A stretch of DNA of 64,000 nt. Source: Phoronis australis (taxonomy: Eukaryota > Animalia > Phoronida). Of this stretch, positions 27,301-42,300 are shown one piece after another (the stretch's first letter is position 1; each line of letters starts with the position of its first letter). Both the position numbers and the translations under genes were made by a program. Location of the stretch: assembly GCA_002633005.1 (NCBI GenBank), contig NMRA01000002.1, forward strand, positions 1,274,077 through 1,338,076, given 5' to 3'. The notes beneath the pieces were generated by a model. It ran no database searches. It worked only from the letters and a program-made list of their open reading frames with translations, and had not been told where the DNA came from.

Positions 27301-30300
27301 TAACTTGTGATAAGGTTGTATCACCTTTGACCCACAATCCTGTTACAGTTGATGAAGTTTATTGATGCTGCGGCCACCAACCAGTTGTGTAATAGCAGCA
27401 CCACTGAGGATTACGTAACACGTGTACCAGGCTCTTCTCTTGACACCAATGCTGTGAAACAGACCCTGTGTACCATCAACTATACGGCCATTCCCCTGGA
27501 GCTGATGAATGACCCGACAGGATTGAAACTCATTGAACACATACAGGGACTGGTGAGTGGCTTGTCTTTCTTCTGCTCATCATTTATTTGCACCTTATTG
27601 CGTTCATCCCTTCCTCATTTTTCTTCAAAGTAAAGGCTTGCTAAGCATTGAACTTTTCGTTTATTAAAAATGTGGTTGATCGTGGATTATATTATTGTTT
27701 GATTTTATTCCTTCCCTGAATTCTCTCAAGTACCAACATGAGATATAGATAGACACGCGCAGACTGAGCCATGAATTCAGACTGAAATAAATTTTAATTT
27801 TTCTCTCGATCTTCCATGATGGCTGGTCCGCTTACAAACAACTCTTATGCTCTGCCATTATAGCCATTGTTGTAGTAAATGACCTCTGTTTGTTGTCTCC
27901 CTTCTTATTTGTCGTGGGAGTAGTTTTACTGGACCAGGTGCACTGTGCTGCCACGGGATGCATTACATCTACTGTGACATGATGACACTATAACACTTTT
28001 GCTTGTAGTGGGACCCATCTGTTGTGAAGAAAGTTAATCTGGATATGTTCCTCAGTGACATCAACACCCTGATCACTACAGTCACCCATCTGTCCAGCGG
28101 TGGTATCACCACCATCTCCTTCAACATGACCACGCCCCGCTGGCTGAATGAGACCCGTTGGGCTGCCATCTTTGGTCAATTCTGGACCCAGCTCCAGGCT
28201 CGGATGAACGTGACGGCTAATGGAGAGAACTTGCTGGTCTGGTTACATGTTCTGGAGAACACATGGTTGAAGAACCAGCCTGGTTACCAGCAGTTCAATG
28301 GAGCCATGAACACCATGTCGGCCATCTTGGACGTGGTGTTGGAAAAACTGTCTGCCATCAATGGTTTGTAATGATAATTTTACATTTTCCAATTTCTGCC
28401 ACATTTCAGTTGCTGGCTATAGAGGTGATATTTTCATCTCTGTTCTGAGTGCTTTTGCTGAATATGTATGGTGCACTATTCATAATTACGACGGTGTATT
28501 GAAGTTAAAATCCAGAGGCTGTTAACTGTGTCAAAATTGTAAAAACCCTGAAAACTGCAAAATGTAAAATTTGCTGTCTATCAATAATACCTCCAACAGT
28601 AGTTTTTCTGCAGTCAAACAGCATTATGGACTGTTGTTATTCTTAATTGTTTGAAATGATTAAGTTTTGGAGACTGGTCTTCTGTTTTAAGCTCATGCAC
28701 TTTTCTTACATGAGCTGATCAGTGTATCTTAAGTTCTGTTTTCCTTGTTCTAACAATAAGTGGTTCTGATACCTGTTACAGGCTCGTATGCTCAGCTGAC
28801 TGATCTAGTCCAGTCTTCACCTCAGATGGTCAAACTTCTGGAGATGATCAATAAGTCACCGGACATTGTGCAGATACTGATGTACTCTCTAAGCACTGAG
28901 AAGGTACTAGCTAAATTTGACTAAGCTTGGTTGATCTTAAATAGGGTGTCACCTTATTTGACAAATTTCTCTGAGCTCGAATTTCCTTGCTTCATTATTA
29001 GCCATTAACCAATTAGCTTGAACAGGACTGTTGAGCTTTGAAAACCTTGCTACTCCTTGGTAGCCATTGTTTTGCAAGTTTGAATAAAATTGCCGACCAT
29101 TACCCTAATTATCCAAGCAAACCTTGTTTTCTTACTCACTGGGGATCAAAATCAATGTATCCTAGATTGTATCCACATATGACAAAGTAGCTTGTGAGGT
29201 GCACTTGTGTGCACTAAAGTAGAAACATCTGTTAAGTTGTAGCAGATAATGCACCCATTTTATGGAACCTTGAATGAGGCTGGCCCAAAAAGCTTGAATA
29301 ATATTTGTCAAGGTTGTATAATATTGTCCAAGCTTCAGTGATATTGCCCAAGTTTGAATAAGATTGTCCAAACTTGAGTAAGGTGGTATATTTTTTGCTT
29401 GTTTAATCTTTCCAGTAAATATCATCCAGGCTTGATGAATTGTTTGCTGTGCACCTGATGTTAGGATTAATGTACTAGTAATGTACTAGTCACCTTACCA
29501 GCATTTGAATTTGCATCTTGTGTTGCTTCTGATGCATCTATACCTTATTTCTTATTGTGTCACTAATCCTAACATTCCAATGTCTACGGTTCAGTAGTAT
29601 TATTTCGCCGATGATACATTAATCCCACTATGTGCTCTTCTGTCTATAGTTTTTGCCACTCTACCAAAGGACCAACGTCACGCAGCTGTTGGCCGAGATG
29701 TGTGTCCCCACCAAACTCTCCCCACCGTACCCTGTGCCACATATCAACATCAAAGATTACCTCACTCTGCCACCTGGGTCTAACATCAATATCGATGAAC
29801 TTCTGGCCCAGTTTTGTAACGTGGACTTCGCGGTGTTGGTCAGTGAAGCAATGACAGAGTTTGACATTCAGAATATCCGAACACAGGTACGTGCCTCATG
29901 TCTGTTTACCGATTGATCTTAAACTGAGAATGTTATTCAGGCAGTAGCTGATTGATAACTTGTTGTTTTTTCAATTTGACCAGGTGTGTCACAGCAGTAG
30001 AATGATGTTAATTAGAATGATATCCAGACAATTTGATTTGGGCACTTATTTTTCAGGTTATTTTGTGTTGTGTTGTTTTACCTGGAAGATCTCTTCTGCT
30101 TGCAGATTAACAATCCTGCGCCTACCAACTGGACTGTCATTACCCAACAGATCACGCAACTGTCGGCCATTATTACAGGCTGGGTGAAAAACCCACCAAA
30201 CTTCCCTCTTGACCATAGGTGGATGAACGCCACTATCTGGCTTGACATTCTGTCGCGGTACGCTGCCAGTCAAAACAATCCACAGGAGATTGTCATGAAG

Positions 30301-33300
30301 TGAGTACACAAACTTATCGCAATGTGTTCCTCATAACCAATCACCTTCAAGCACAACTCAGCATCGGATAATAACACACTATCAGACAATATGAGTTCAC
30401 GAGTATCACGATTGAATGAATGTGTGGTCACTAGTCCAAGTTGTTTTTGATCAGGAAAATGGTGTGTACATAATTTTTTATTTTGTAATAGTGTACCAGC
30501 CTAATTTGTGCTCGTTTGATTGATGAATAACTCAGAAGCAATATGAAGTAGCAAGTTCCAACTTTACCACGTCATTGTCTTAATTGCCTTGTCTACAACG
30601 CATGTTCACCTTTCTCTTTTACAGCCTGGGTAAAGTACTGTACATGTTGGAGCCTCTGTTTGCCAACAATACTGATGTCCAGCGGTTACTGTATGTGGTC
30701 GATACGCTTCAACAGGTTGTCACGCAGCACCTCAAGGTGTACCCAGGTCAGAACCTGACTCTGGCCTCGCTGTTGAGCGACACTCCCCAGTTGTTGACCT
30801 ACATACGCCAGTCGTTGGCTCTCGGTGCTGACGTCCAGGAAGTGTTGTTACATGCCGTCATCAAGCGACCAGCTGAACTCAGCAAGCTGGCTGCCATGCC
30901 CAACCCATGGTATACCTTGTGTGAAGCTGTTCCGGCCTATGATATTGCCACCGTCTTTGTCCTGCCAGACCACGTCAATGCGTCTGCTGTTCGGGATCTC
31001 ATCTGTAAGACTAACATGACTGCGATATCTATGGAGTTGATGAATAAGCTTGGCCTAGCCTCTGTCATTGCTAAACTCTCTAGCGGACAGGAAGTGAGAA
31101 CCGACCTGAGACAAGTGCTTACAAACTCTCAGGAATTGTACGGTGCCATCAGTGCGTTGATTACTAATCCACCGACGTTCGTCACATCGTCGCTGGAGAT
31201 CAACATCACTGCCTATGAACACGTGTACAAGCGATTCCTGGAAGCTGTCAATTTTACTAACGCTGAGTACTACCGTGACATGATTGCAAACTTGGAGATT
31301 ACTCTAAGAAACATTCCAGGTAAGGCAGGTTAACAAAACATGAATGTCCAAATTAAATAAAAAATCAACTGATGTTTCAGATCTTTTAAGTTTCTCAACT
31401 TTTGATGCATGAAAAATTCCCAGGTCAAAATTTGAAATATCAGGTTGTAATCCCTGTCGACAAATAGTTCCTGAAATTGTTGCACCAGGCACTGTATTTC
31501 AATTTTCATCAGGTTCTTGGTTGATTTTTTTTGTTTTATTAGCTTGCTCTGTCTTGCAAACATCAAAGTTTTAAGTTTATATGGTTGTGAACATGTTAAC
31601 CTACTTGAATCATTCGTCTTTGGATTAAGTTTGTAAATTGATTTCCAGTTCAGCAATTGAGCTGGAAATAGAACCCATGCGGGCATCTTGATCCATGTGT
31701 CGCCCTTTGTAGTTGCTGACTTGGCACTTTTAGTGTCGAGTGTTAGGCAACACAGGTCTGTTTTTGTTAAAAATACCTTCAGCAAAGGTTATGGAAGATA
31801 GATAATTGTAAAATTACGTTATTTGGAAGAATTTCAGATTTATTCAGACTGTTATAATAGTATAGATGATAAATTCCATTAATTATTGTATTTATCCACT
31901 ATATTTGCTTTATTATTTTGAATGAAATAAAAATGAAATCAATTTTTTGATGAAATGTAATTTAAATTTTCCTCTAAGTAAATCCAGAAAAAAATGCCAC
32001 TTTCTCTTTTGAACCAATTTTTAGTGCATTTCATGCGAATCAATCACATAACAAGCACAGATACCACAGGTACATGACTTATTCCCCCTTGTTACTCTGC
32101 AGGTGCGTGGGAAGCAGTCAAAGGTCAACTTCTGCCAGCCAAAATCATGGTGGACTATATGACCAGCCTTTTGTCTCGTATCCAGCCACAAGAGGGCGTC
32201 ATCAACCTGGCCAGTCTCTTTCGTAACCCAAACCGTGTGGTGGACATTATGAACATGGCCTTCAACCTTGGTCCAGACTTTGTGAACGCTATCATGTCCA
32301 CTTACCTGAAGCCCATAAAGGTACGGAGTGGTCCGTTCAAATTTATCGCAGATTGTCGGCTATAAGGAATTCACTTTCATTAGTTTTCAAATTTATCTGG
32401 ATTTTTTTCTTTTCACTATTAGCATGGGAGGAGAGCTATACTTAAAATTATATTTGTTTTCAACATTTTTGTGCATGTTTTTCAGGCACCGTTTATTGTT
32501 GATTGTGATTTGATCAGTGTCATGTGGTTTGAATTTTTTTTTTCATGAATAATTAATAGATTGTGTTGTATTTGCTCTTTATTTAGACTGTTTGATTTTA
32601 TTTGTCTTTTTAGCTGCCACAAGGCAGTGGAAAACAAAAGATTGGTTACTAATTGAATGTAAACAACAATTTGTTTCATCATTTTGTTGTCAGTGTGATG
32701 TATTATAACCTAATTGATGATGTTTTTAATTTTGTTTACAGGTTGTTGAGTTTGCCTTGCTGAAACCGTCCGAAATGCAGGCAGTCATGTGTAGTAAAGA
32801 ACGCATGTCCTACTACATCCAGTTTCATTCTTCATTCAATGTCAGTTATGCTGTCAAGGCACTGTGTGGTCTCAATGCCACAAAGATGGTTGAACAACTC
32901 TCCAGCGAGTTCAACATTAACAGTCTTCTGGCTCAGGTAGTAATTAATACGTTTCCTCGTATTGAGCAATTCTTAAAAGGCAGTTTATTGTGTAGTAGTG
33001 CATGGGTCTCACAGTCTGAAAGTCAAGTGTTTAAACGAAGCCAAGGAGCCAGACAGTTTCATTTCGACAGTTGTTAGCTTTTGTAACATGTCAAATCATA
33101 TGATCTACCTAATTGAGACAATAGTCATAATTTATGAAAAATGTGTATGCATATTTGAAGCAGTATTTTAAAAATGTTCAAGACAACATTGTAGTGTTTT
33201 TGTGTGTTTTTTCTTGAAGTGAAGTCTGTTAGCGCGTCTGTTTACCATCTCTATTCCACATTTTCCACAGTTGACCAATTTGAACCAGTCATTCAGTCTC

Positions 33301-36300
33301 CAGTCATACCTCGACAGTTACAACACTTACAGTGGATTACTGACGCAGCTGTTCATGGCCACAGATGTCTACTTCAAGGACACTGACTTGGCCCAGTTGT
33401 TCAACTACACCCCTCCTGCTGACCAGTCCAACTTGTTGGCATTTGTCCAGAATTTACCACAAGCCTCTGTGGAATCGTAGGTGTCTTAGTTTAAATGAAA
33501 CAGTGCTCACTTAAAATGGGTGAAGTAACAAGTTTATAATAACACAGAACACGTAATTTAGTGTGATGACTCTGACTATTTGACAATAGCAATGATGGAA
33601 ATCACCTCTCGTGATATCTGTTAAGCCGTGGCAAAGTTTAGCATCCGAGAACAGTAATATGTTCTGTGAGTTGTGTGAGTATACTCATCTCACTGATATC
33701 ATTTTCTTGGCCCATGCATTTATGGAACTATGTGCTCTGTGTTTCCTTCAAATTGAATTATGGATAACTCTGAGACAAGGCTTCATGGCTTTGCTGAATG
33801 TTTACTAACACAAGTCAATTAGATGTTGAGTATTTATAAACAGTATTTGCAGCAGTCCGTATTAGTTGTGCCTTGTGAGAGATTACTGTGTTCTTAATGT
33901 TTTCACTGAACATGTACAGAAAATAAATATGTGAACCATCATCTCCGTCAACACAGGAAATGAAGAGGATGTGTCATTAATTATGATACAAAATGCAAAA
34001 CATTTCGTTGCCAAGTTACGTATATCTCACATTGTCTTCTGTTGTTAACAGACTAGCATCAATGCTTCAACAGCTGATGCCAATGGTTGAACAGATGGAC
34101 TGGTGGAAGGAAGTCAGACCACACTTGGACGTGCTCAACATTCTGGTGGACACCATCAACAACAAACTGGATGCCATTGCTCCGTACAGTAAGTTTGCCG
34201 TATCCTGACACCTGCTTACAAGTTTGTTCAGCATTGTCTTTTATCGGTTTGTAACATTTTCATGATGCCTGTGAGAGCTTCCATGATGGTCGTTCTGCCA
34301 AGTGGGAGTTGAAATGTAGAAGTTCTTCCATTTAGTGGCAACAGAAGATTTGTACACGAATTCTGCTGATTGACTTTCTCATTCACAACCTTAAAAGACA
34401 AAATTCTGTTCGTCAGTGTTTTAACTGCAAAATTTCCCAGTTGAAGTTATGACAAAATACTATTCCCTGATAGCCTATTGATTTGTGGAGGTGTTACCTT
34501 TTAAAGTGCCTGAATTATCCCCTTGATCATAACTTTTGCGCAGATATTTATATCTAAATCATTCTGTTTCTGAAACTATCAGATGTTCAAAGCATAAAAT
34601 TATATTAAAGATTTAATGTGTTTTTATTTTGTATTGACTTGTTATAGCCCCATCTTGTTAGCTGGTTTGTCCTTCTATGCAAGTTTAGGTTCCCTAGCAC
34701 TAGTCTTGTGTCATGTGTCACTTGTCGTTTCAGGGCTCAACATGACATTGGAGTCTGTTCTACCCAATTCTCATCAACTGAGGAGGTTCATTGAGAGAAA
34801 CTTTGGCCTTGCTCCTGAACTTGTGCAGGCTGTTATGTATGCTAGAATTGACTCTGCTAAGGTAAGTCCGTGCACTAGTCACAACAGCCAAAAGTTTTCC
34901 ATTACTAGCAGTATTGCTATCATATTTGAGTGAGTGTTATGTGCACGTGTTTGTTGGTATCTGTAGCTGTACTTTTCGTCGGGGATATGCCAATTGTTGA
35001 ACTTTGGCAAAACCACAGTGTCTGAATTTGATAGAACAGATTTTACATAATATATTGTTATGAATAGCATGAGATGTGGTTACACAACATAACATGACAC
35101 AATTCATTGTAGTTTGGCTTGTTCAGGTTATTGAACGTTCTATCTCACTTTGTAATTTGGCTTGTTCAGATTTTTGAACGTTTTATTTCGCATTGTAGTT
35201 TGGCTCATCAGGTTATTGAATGTTCTATCTCACGTTGTAGTTTGGCTTGTTCAGGTTATTGAATTTTCTGTCTCTCATTGTAGCTGGGTAAAGTTAAGTC
35301 TCCGACTGATCTCTTCTGCACCGATGTTCTAAGTTACCCGTGGTTCACCAACGAGACAGCGATAAAGGAAGTTCTGTGTAATGTCAACTACATGGCATTG
35401 TGGGAAGAAATTAAGGTCCAGCTCAACTACGAAGCCATTGTAAACCAGGTAATATTAGTTATCATGTTAGGTCATCCTTCATACGTAATTTTCAGTTGAG
35501 TGATTCTTGCTTCGTGCTCCTGTTGTATCCAGTGCTTGATAAGTCTAGAGCAAATTTCACATTCTCTTAGTCAATGTCTTTTTTGCCCAGCTAAACCGTG
35601 CGAGGACCAATGCCACCTTACCTCCATTCAATTGGACCACAACTCTGGCTAACATGCGGGACCTTGCCATTGACCTTGGGGCCTTGTTCACCAACTTCAC
35701 AGTGCCACCTTTGGACAAATTCTTTGGCTATGAGGGTAACTTCACAGCGTGGATCATTAAAATGGAGACGGCCTATCTCCAGCCTAGCATGACGCTGGAG
35801 GACTTACCCAAAGTGTGAGTAATCTGTCTGGCAACTCGTCTTTATTTTTTGGAAGACGACCACTGCATTGTGGCATTGGAACTCTTCTAATTCAATACAA
35901 AAGAAAAATCTGCCATGCTGCAGAGTTAATGTGTTGTAGATATTTATGTTCCGTAAGGCTGTCCACCATTAGCGCTGTCAACAGATATTATGTCATGTAA
36001 CTTATTGCTGTCCACCAGGAGAGCTGTCAACAAGTAATGTGTCATTTAACACATTGTTGTCCACCAGGAGCGTTGTAGACAAATACTATATCATGCAACA
36101 TAATGCTGTCCACCATTAGAGCTGTCAACAGACACTGTGTCTAGTTTTCATGACTATTGTTGTTAACTGTTGATAAACAACTTTAACTGGCTTACTCAAC
36201 TACTTTTCTCTTTTCATAGACTGGCTGGCACCCTTGACTCCCTATCTCCACTACTAGAGAGCTCCGTCACTGGCCGCAGTCTGCTGGCCATGTATAAACA

Positions 36301-39300
36301 ATATTCACTAATGCTGGATATTGTGCACAGACGTCTCAAGGACTTGCAGGGTAAGGGTGTGCATATTTGGTAGCATTTATTTGGATAAATTTGAAACTAA
36401 GCATTCAGTTTTAATTGATCAAGCACACTATTCTTGAAGTATAGTGCTTGTAAAAGAGAAGCCCTTGAAATCATGGTCACTTAACTGTTTTTTTGGAGTG
36501 CAATTGCAATTTCAACATATATGTTTCTATCTTTGATTTCCTGATTTGCCTCTAATCAAAGTCCTCATATGTTTGCTCAGGCCAGCAGTCTCACAGGTCG
36601 CTAGCATTCACGCTATACCGTTCATCTAGTATCTGAAAAATCACATGAAACTATGTTTTTAGGTTCAACTATCAGCCTGGACTCGCTGCTGGTAAATGCG
36701 ACTCACGTCAAGTCATTGCTCAAGGCAACACTAGGTGTCAGTCCGTCTGTCGTTGAGACGTTACTCCTGTCTCAACCTCGGCTAGACAAACTCACTGTAC
36801 TTCTGTCGGCCAAAGATCCTTTTGCTCTCCTCTGCAACTCGTCATTCAGCTTTGTGGAGCTTCCGCCCAACGCTGACATGAATGTGACTCAGTTGTACCG
36901 AGCACTGTGTTCTGTCAATGTTACGATCATCGTTAAAGAGCTCATGGCTCAGCTGGACATCCACCGCTTCATGGAGGAGGTACGGTTCAATCAAATTTTA
37001 AAAAGTAACTAGTACTTTATGACTGTCCTATCAGACAAATATGCACTTACAGTCGTGAGGTTCAGTGTAGTGTTAGTACTGCAATTGGTGAGTTTTCAGG
37101 AACTAGTTAAACACTCTTGATTCTACCACTCCTTCACCTGTACTTACTAGACAAATCATATAGTCTTCAATAATCAGATCATCTGAAAGTTACATTTTAT
37201 CAAGTTTGGTCGTCTGAAAGGTTCACTTGCAACATCGATTCAATGTCATTTAACAGTTGGCACCTTGCTACCTCAAGAATCACAAAATCTGTTTATTCTA
37301 ATTAAAGTGAATCGGTGTTTTATTTTTGTTACCAGTCTCTGCTTATTACCATAAACTGACAGAGTCACTAATGCCAAGATTTTAGATTTGACATTTAATT
37401 TACTTGTGAGGAAAATAATTATCAAGTCAGTTGTGCTTGTTTCACAATTTTGTCAGAGATAACAAATAAATCTCTTTCTTTTCCCAGATGTCACGCATTA
37501 ACAGTCTCGTACCTCAGCTCAACAAATCCATGAGCGTCGACTGGTCTACAGCTATCCAGTCTGTCATGGACATTAACAAGATAATCGCTGAAATGGTGAC
37601 CAAACCGCCCCCTATCGACCCAGCACTTATTGAACTGTTCAACTTTGATAAGTATCTGCCGGCATTGCAAAAGTTCATTGCGCACTACCAGAAAACGCTG
37701 CAGACAAACATGGATCTGAATGAGTAAGTGCTCGCTTCAGGAAGCTTTGTGTGCTATGTACGGTAAACTCTCACCGATTTAGAGCACAATATGGCCGACA
37801 AGTGAAATTAATTTTTTTCATTGTTTTCTTAAGAGGCAGATTGAGCACCAATTAAGTGCTTTACCATTTTGAAAGATTGTTACCATAGTTACCATCCGAT
37901 GATGATGATGATGTATGCAAAACTGTAGGTATCTATAGTAATGTTAGAAGCTTATGGAAATGAATAAATACCAATTTTGTTCAAAATTGAAGGGATTTTA
38001 CTGTAATTGAGCGAATAAGCTGATGATCTTCCCTAAAGATTTTCTACAATTTCGCATTAATTCTATAGAGGCCAATCTTTTGCACAAATCAAATTTCAAG
38101 CAGTCTTGATTTGAATATTTAATAAACAATGAATAAATTATGTATCTTTTATGATTTACGAACACAAAGTTTCACTTAATGTATTACAAACAACCTGTTT
38201 TTGACATTACAGTTTTCTACAAATCTTGATACCTGTGAGAAAAATGCCTTCCGTGTATTTATTTGTGTTTGAGAATATTAATTCTTATGGCCATTCTTTT
38301 CACAGACTGGCCAAGATTTTCGATTCCCTAACTCCTTTACTGAAGAGCACAAGTTTTGGCAAGGACATGCTCAAGTCTCTGCAGATTGCCAACCTCATCC
38401 TGGAGAATGTCAATTACAGGATAGACAAGTTCTCAAGTAAGACTGTTAGTCAATTGCAGGAACGATAAGTTCTCAAGTAGATCTATAAACAAAGTACTAG
38501 TCATAGCTACTAACAATTCATTGTGTTACTGTATACCAACACAGTGCTGGTCACACTAACAATTCACTGTGTTACTGTATACCAACACAGTGCTGGTCAC
38601 ACTAACAATTCACTGTGTTACTGTATACCAACACAGTGCTGGTCACACTAACAATTCATTGTGTTACTGTATACCAACACAGTGCTGGTCACACTAACAA
38701 TTCACTGTGTTACTGTATACCAACACAGTGCTGGTCACACTAACAATTCACTGTGTTACTGTATACCAACACAGTGCTGGTCACACTAACAATTCATTGT
38801 GTTACTGTATACCAACACAGTGCTGGTCACACTAACAATTCACTGTGTTATCGGAAACCATCACACCACTGATCGTTACATACGGTTTACTCGTTTTGCA
38901 GACTCGCCAGTTTCTCTGCAAACTTTGCTTGGCAATGGCACCCGACTGAGTCACTTCCTGGAAACGTCGTTGAAACTGGCACCAGAGGTCATCAGTGCTC
39001 TGCTGCAGGCTAACATCAAACCGTCAAAGGTACCTTTCATTTCTACAATAATGACTCCACCACAGTAAACTGTACCGTTGGTAACTCTGATCAGCCATGG
39101 TCATTGCCATCAGAAATAAAATGATATTGAAGCCACAATAAGCCATATTCTGTTTTAAAACATCTACTTCCTTCAGAGGTGTATGTGCTCTTTCATAGCA
39201 ATGTGACTGGATTTTTATCCTTTGTTTCAATTGAGATTGGTTACAGTAAATTGTTTGGAATTTCAATGATGGCCGTACTGCCTTGAGGACTGAAACTAAC

Positions 39301-42300
39301 CTGGGCTGGTTTGCATAAAACTTCAAAATTATCTGCTTGATAAGTTTGATTGTTGCGTGATGTCAGGTGCATTTTTCAACAATAACAACGTGGCGTGTGA
39401 TAATGCGACACCATTGTTCCTATGCAGCGTATAACTTTTATGCAACTGGGCCCTGCTGTGATTATTTGATAGGCCTGGTCTAAAGTGATAATGACCTGCT
39501 AGCTCTTGTGAGGGCTTTAAAATCATTTCAAATCGGAGTAATGAACAAAATGAGTCTAGAAGCGAGTAGCTTAAATCGAAAGTTAGATTTCAGCAGAAGG
39601 TGTGCATTTATTGCCCCTTTAGCAATCCACTTTTTAATGTCAGTTGCCTTGCAGTTCCTCTTGACGACAATTAATTATGTTTAACTGTTTGTCCCAACTT
39701 CAGATGCGAGAACTGATTCAGCTGCCTTCCAACGAGTCAGTGAAAGCATTGTGTGGATCACCCATCTCAGACTACTTTGAACTGCCGGCTGGATCAACCG
39801 TGTCTGTGGATCAGTTCAAGTTGGCACTCTGCTCCATCGACGTCAACGTGTTTGTGGCAGAACTTGCTAAAGAATACAGACAGGACGTACTGGACCGAGA
39901 GGTAGGGATAGTTGGTGTTAATTGACCTATCGCAAGCTCCACCCCCTTGCGTAATATTGACTAACAAACAATAAGATTTACATGTTGTTTGTTGGGTAAC
40001 ATGGCGGCTTGGAAACGAAGGTGTGTCAATAATGCTGCATTCTAAATGGTCAGTTAAGCCGTCACTCAAAATCCTGGTAATAGGTCAATTGGTGTGCGAA
40101 AGTCATTCAAAGAAACTAGTTAGTCATGCAACTGTTCTTCAGGGTTCGTTGTTGCTTGATAACATTGTCACTGGAAGTGACAACTACTATGTCACAGCAG
40201 TATTCATGACCATGACATCATTGCCTGTACTTTTTACCAACGATGTTATTTTATTTTGGTGAATTCTGTTGAATGTGTAACTGCAAAAACGGTTAAATGT
40301 TCTTAAACAGTTCTCTTTTGAGTAGAATATCTATGTAAATACTGAAAATCAAATGTAGAACTTGGTTTTTAAAAAGTGTGGAAGACTTCTGTATCATCTA
40401 TGGTGCTGAGCTATGAGGAGTGTGTACTAGAAAAGATAATAGAAAATGTGCAAAACAAAATTTGTGATATGCATTTCTTAAGGAGGATTTAGTGATGATA
40501 ACCATGTGGTCACCTGTCAAAACAAGGGAAATCACGATTTAATGCACTGTAAGTTTGAGTAGGCGTGTAAGCAGAAGAAATAAATGTTCCACTTAATTAA
40601 CCATCATGCAACATCTGTAATACAAATGAAGTAGAAAGAAAAACTTGTCTTTTGTTCTGATGTTGCCAACTCTTAACAAACTCCCAATTGACACATTTCT
40701 CTTCAGATTGCTGAGCTATTCAAGCCTAATGCCACAGTCAACTTCAACATGACAGCACTGTTGTCCAACCTTCAAGGCATGATTTCTCTCAGCTCTCCCT
40801 CCACATTCGCCAATCTAACTGTCAGTCAACAGCTAATTGACCTGTTCAACATGACCCGGTTTGAGCCAGTCATTCAAGCACTAGCTAAGAATGATCCGAT
40901 GAGGTTTGTACAGTTAATATTTGTGTATAATGCATTTTGTGGATGTTCATAAAATGAATAAATTACATTCTAAACTATCAACTTTATGTAGTCAGTTACA
41001 AAATTACTAAGCTACTAATTTAAGGTTATTTAGTGCCTTATTATTGACAGATGTTGGTCAAATATGGAGGTTTTTCGAGGGTCCTATGTAACCTTGAACC
41101 AAAACATGAGAAGGATACTCAAGAGTGAAAATTGTTTTCACCTGAAAATGAACTGACAATAATCATTTGATGAATATATAATGTATATTTATATGTATAT
41201 ATTTGTTAATAAGTAAAGAGGCCGAATAAAATACAGTCAGACAACAGATTAATACTATATCAATCATTCTTTCGTAGTGTCTGCATGTACCATGAACTTG
41301 GCAACTCGTCTTGATGACCTCTTATTTTGTGCCCTATACTGTCTTAAACATGGCATTACTTGTGTTTCATTATTAATGTATCTCTTTGTCATCTCGAGTT
41401 ATAACAGACATTCTGGTAAAAAATGGAGTTCTGATTCTGTTATACCCATGTTGCAACATGGACATTTATGACTAGACCCACATGTCTCTGGCTAGACCCA
41501 CATGTCTTTAACAGTCATAAGAGAAAGACCTCTATGTCCAAGTCCCTCTAAGGCAGGTCTAAGTAAGACTATGATTTATATCTAATGAAGCTCTGTGTTT
41601 AATATATTATGTAATGTGACTCTTTTGATGGCAGGCTGATGGATACATTGCTGCTTGTGGCTCAGATGTTTGAAGGCACCGGTCAGTGGAACGCAAGTGG
41701 TGTCAATTTGATGTTCAACTCGCTGTCTGTCCAGATCAAACTGATGAATGTTCAGATGAAGATGTTGACAGGTATAAGGCTCTCAGTCTACTCTCTGATG
41801 GGTTGTGAATATTGAGTTCTCTTGTAACCAATGGTGATGTCATTTGGCCATAAAGAGTTCTCTTGTAACCAATGGTGATGTCATTTGGCCATAAAGAGTT
41901 CTCTTGTAACCAATGGTGATGTCATGTGACTATAAAGAGTTCTCTTGTAACCAATGGTGAGGACGTCATATGATCATGAAAGGTTCCCTTGTTGCAACTT
42001 TGTAAACTGAAGCTGCCACAACAAGTTTTGCAAAATTATTAAGACTGCACTGAACCGTCTTTCCTGCAGTTGATCAGTATGGGATCAAATGATGATGTCA
42101 CGAGGTCACAAGGTCATCGGTTCTGCTTGAATTAATCTCAATTTTATTGGCATTCCTTTCTCTTGATGACTTTCGTGTTGTTTTTGTCATATTCCAGATC
42201 TTGGCTACAACGTTGAGAATGTGCTAACAAACATGACGGCTGTCAGAGAATTGATGGACAGGTTAATGCAGGAGAATTATGAAAGCATGCCAAAAGCACT

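Noticed and set aside
31330-31785. 151-aa minus-strand ORF
   Set aside because: No recognisable motif or splice context; AT-rich intron sequence. A TE origin cannot be excluded.
38509-38850. CRISPR-like appearance of the regular 46-, 47- and 62-bp arrays
   Set aside because: Units are head-to-tail with no unique spacers, lie in spliceosomal introns and have no cas genes nearby; they are minisatellites.
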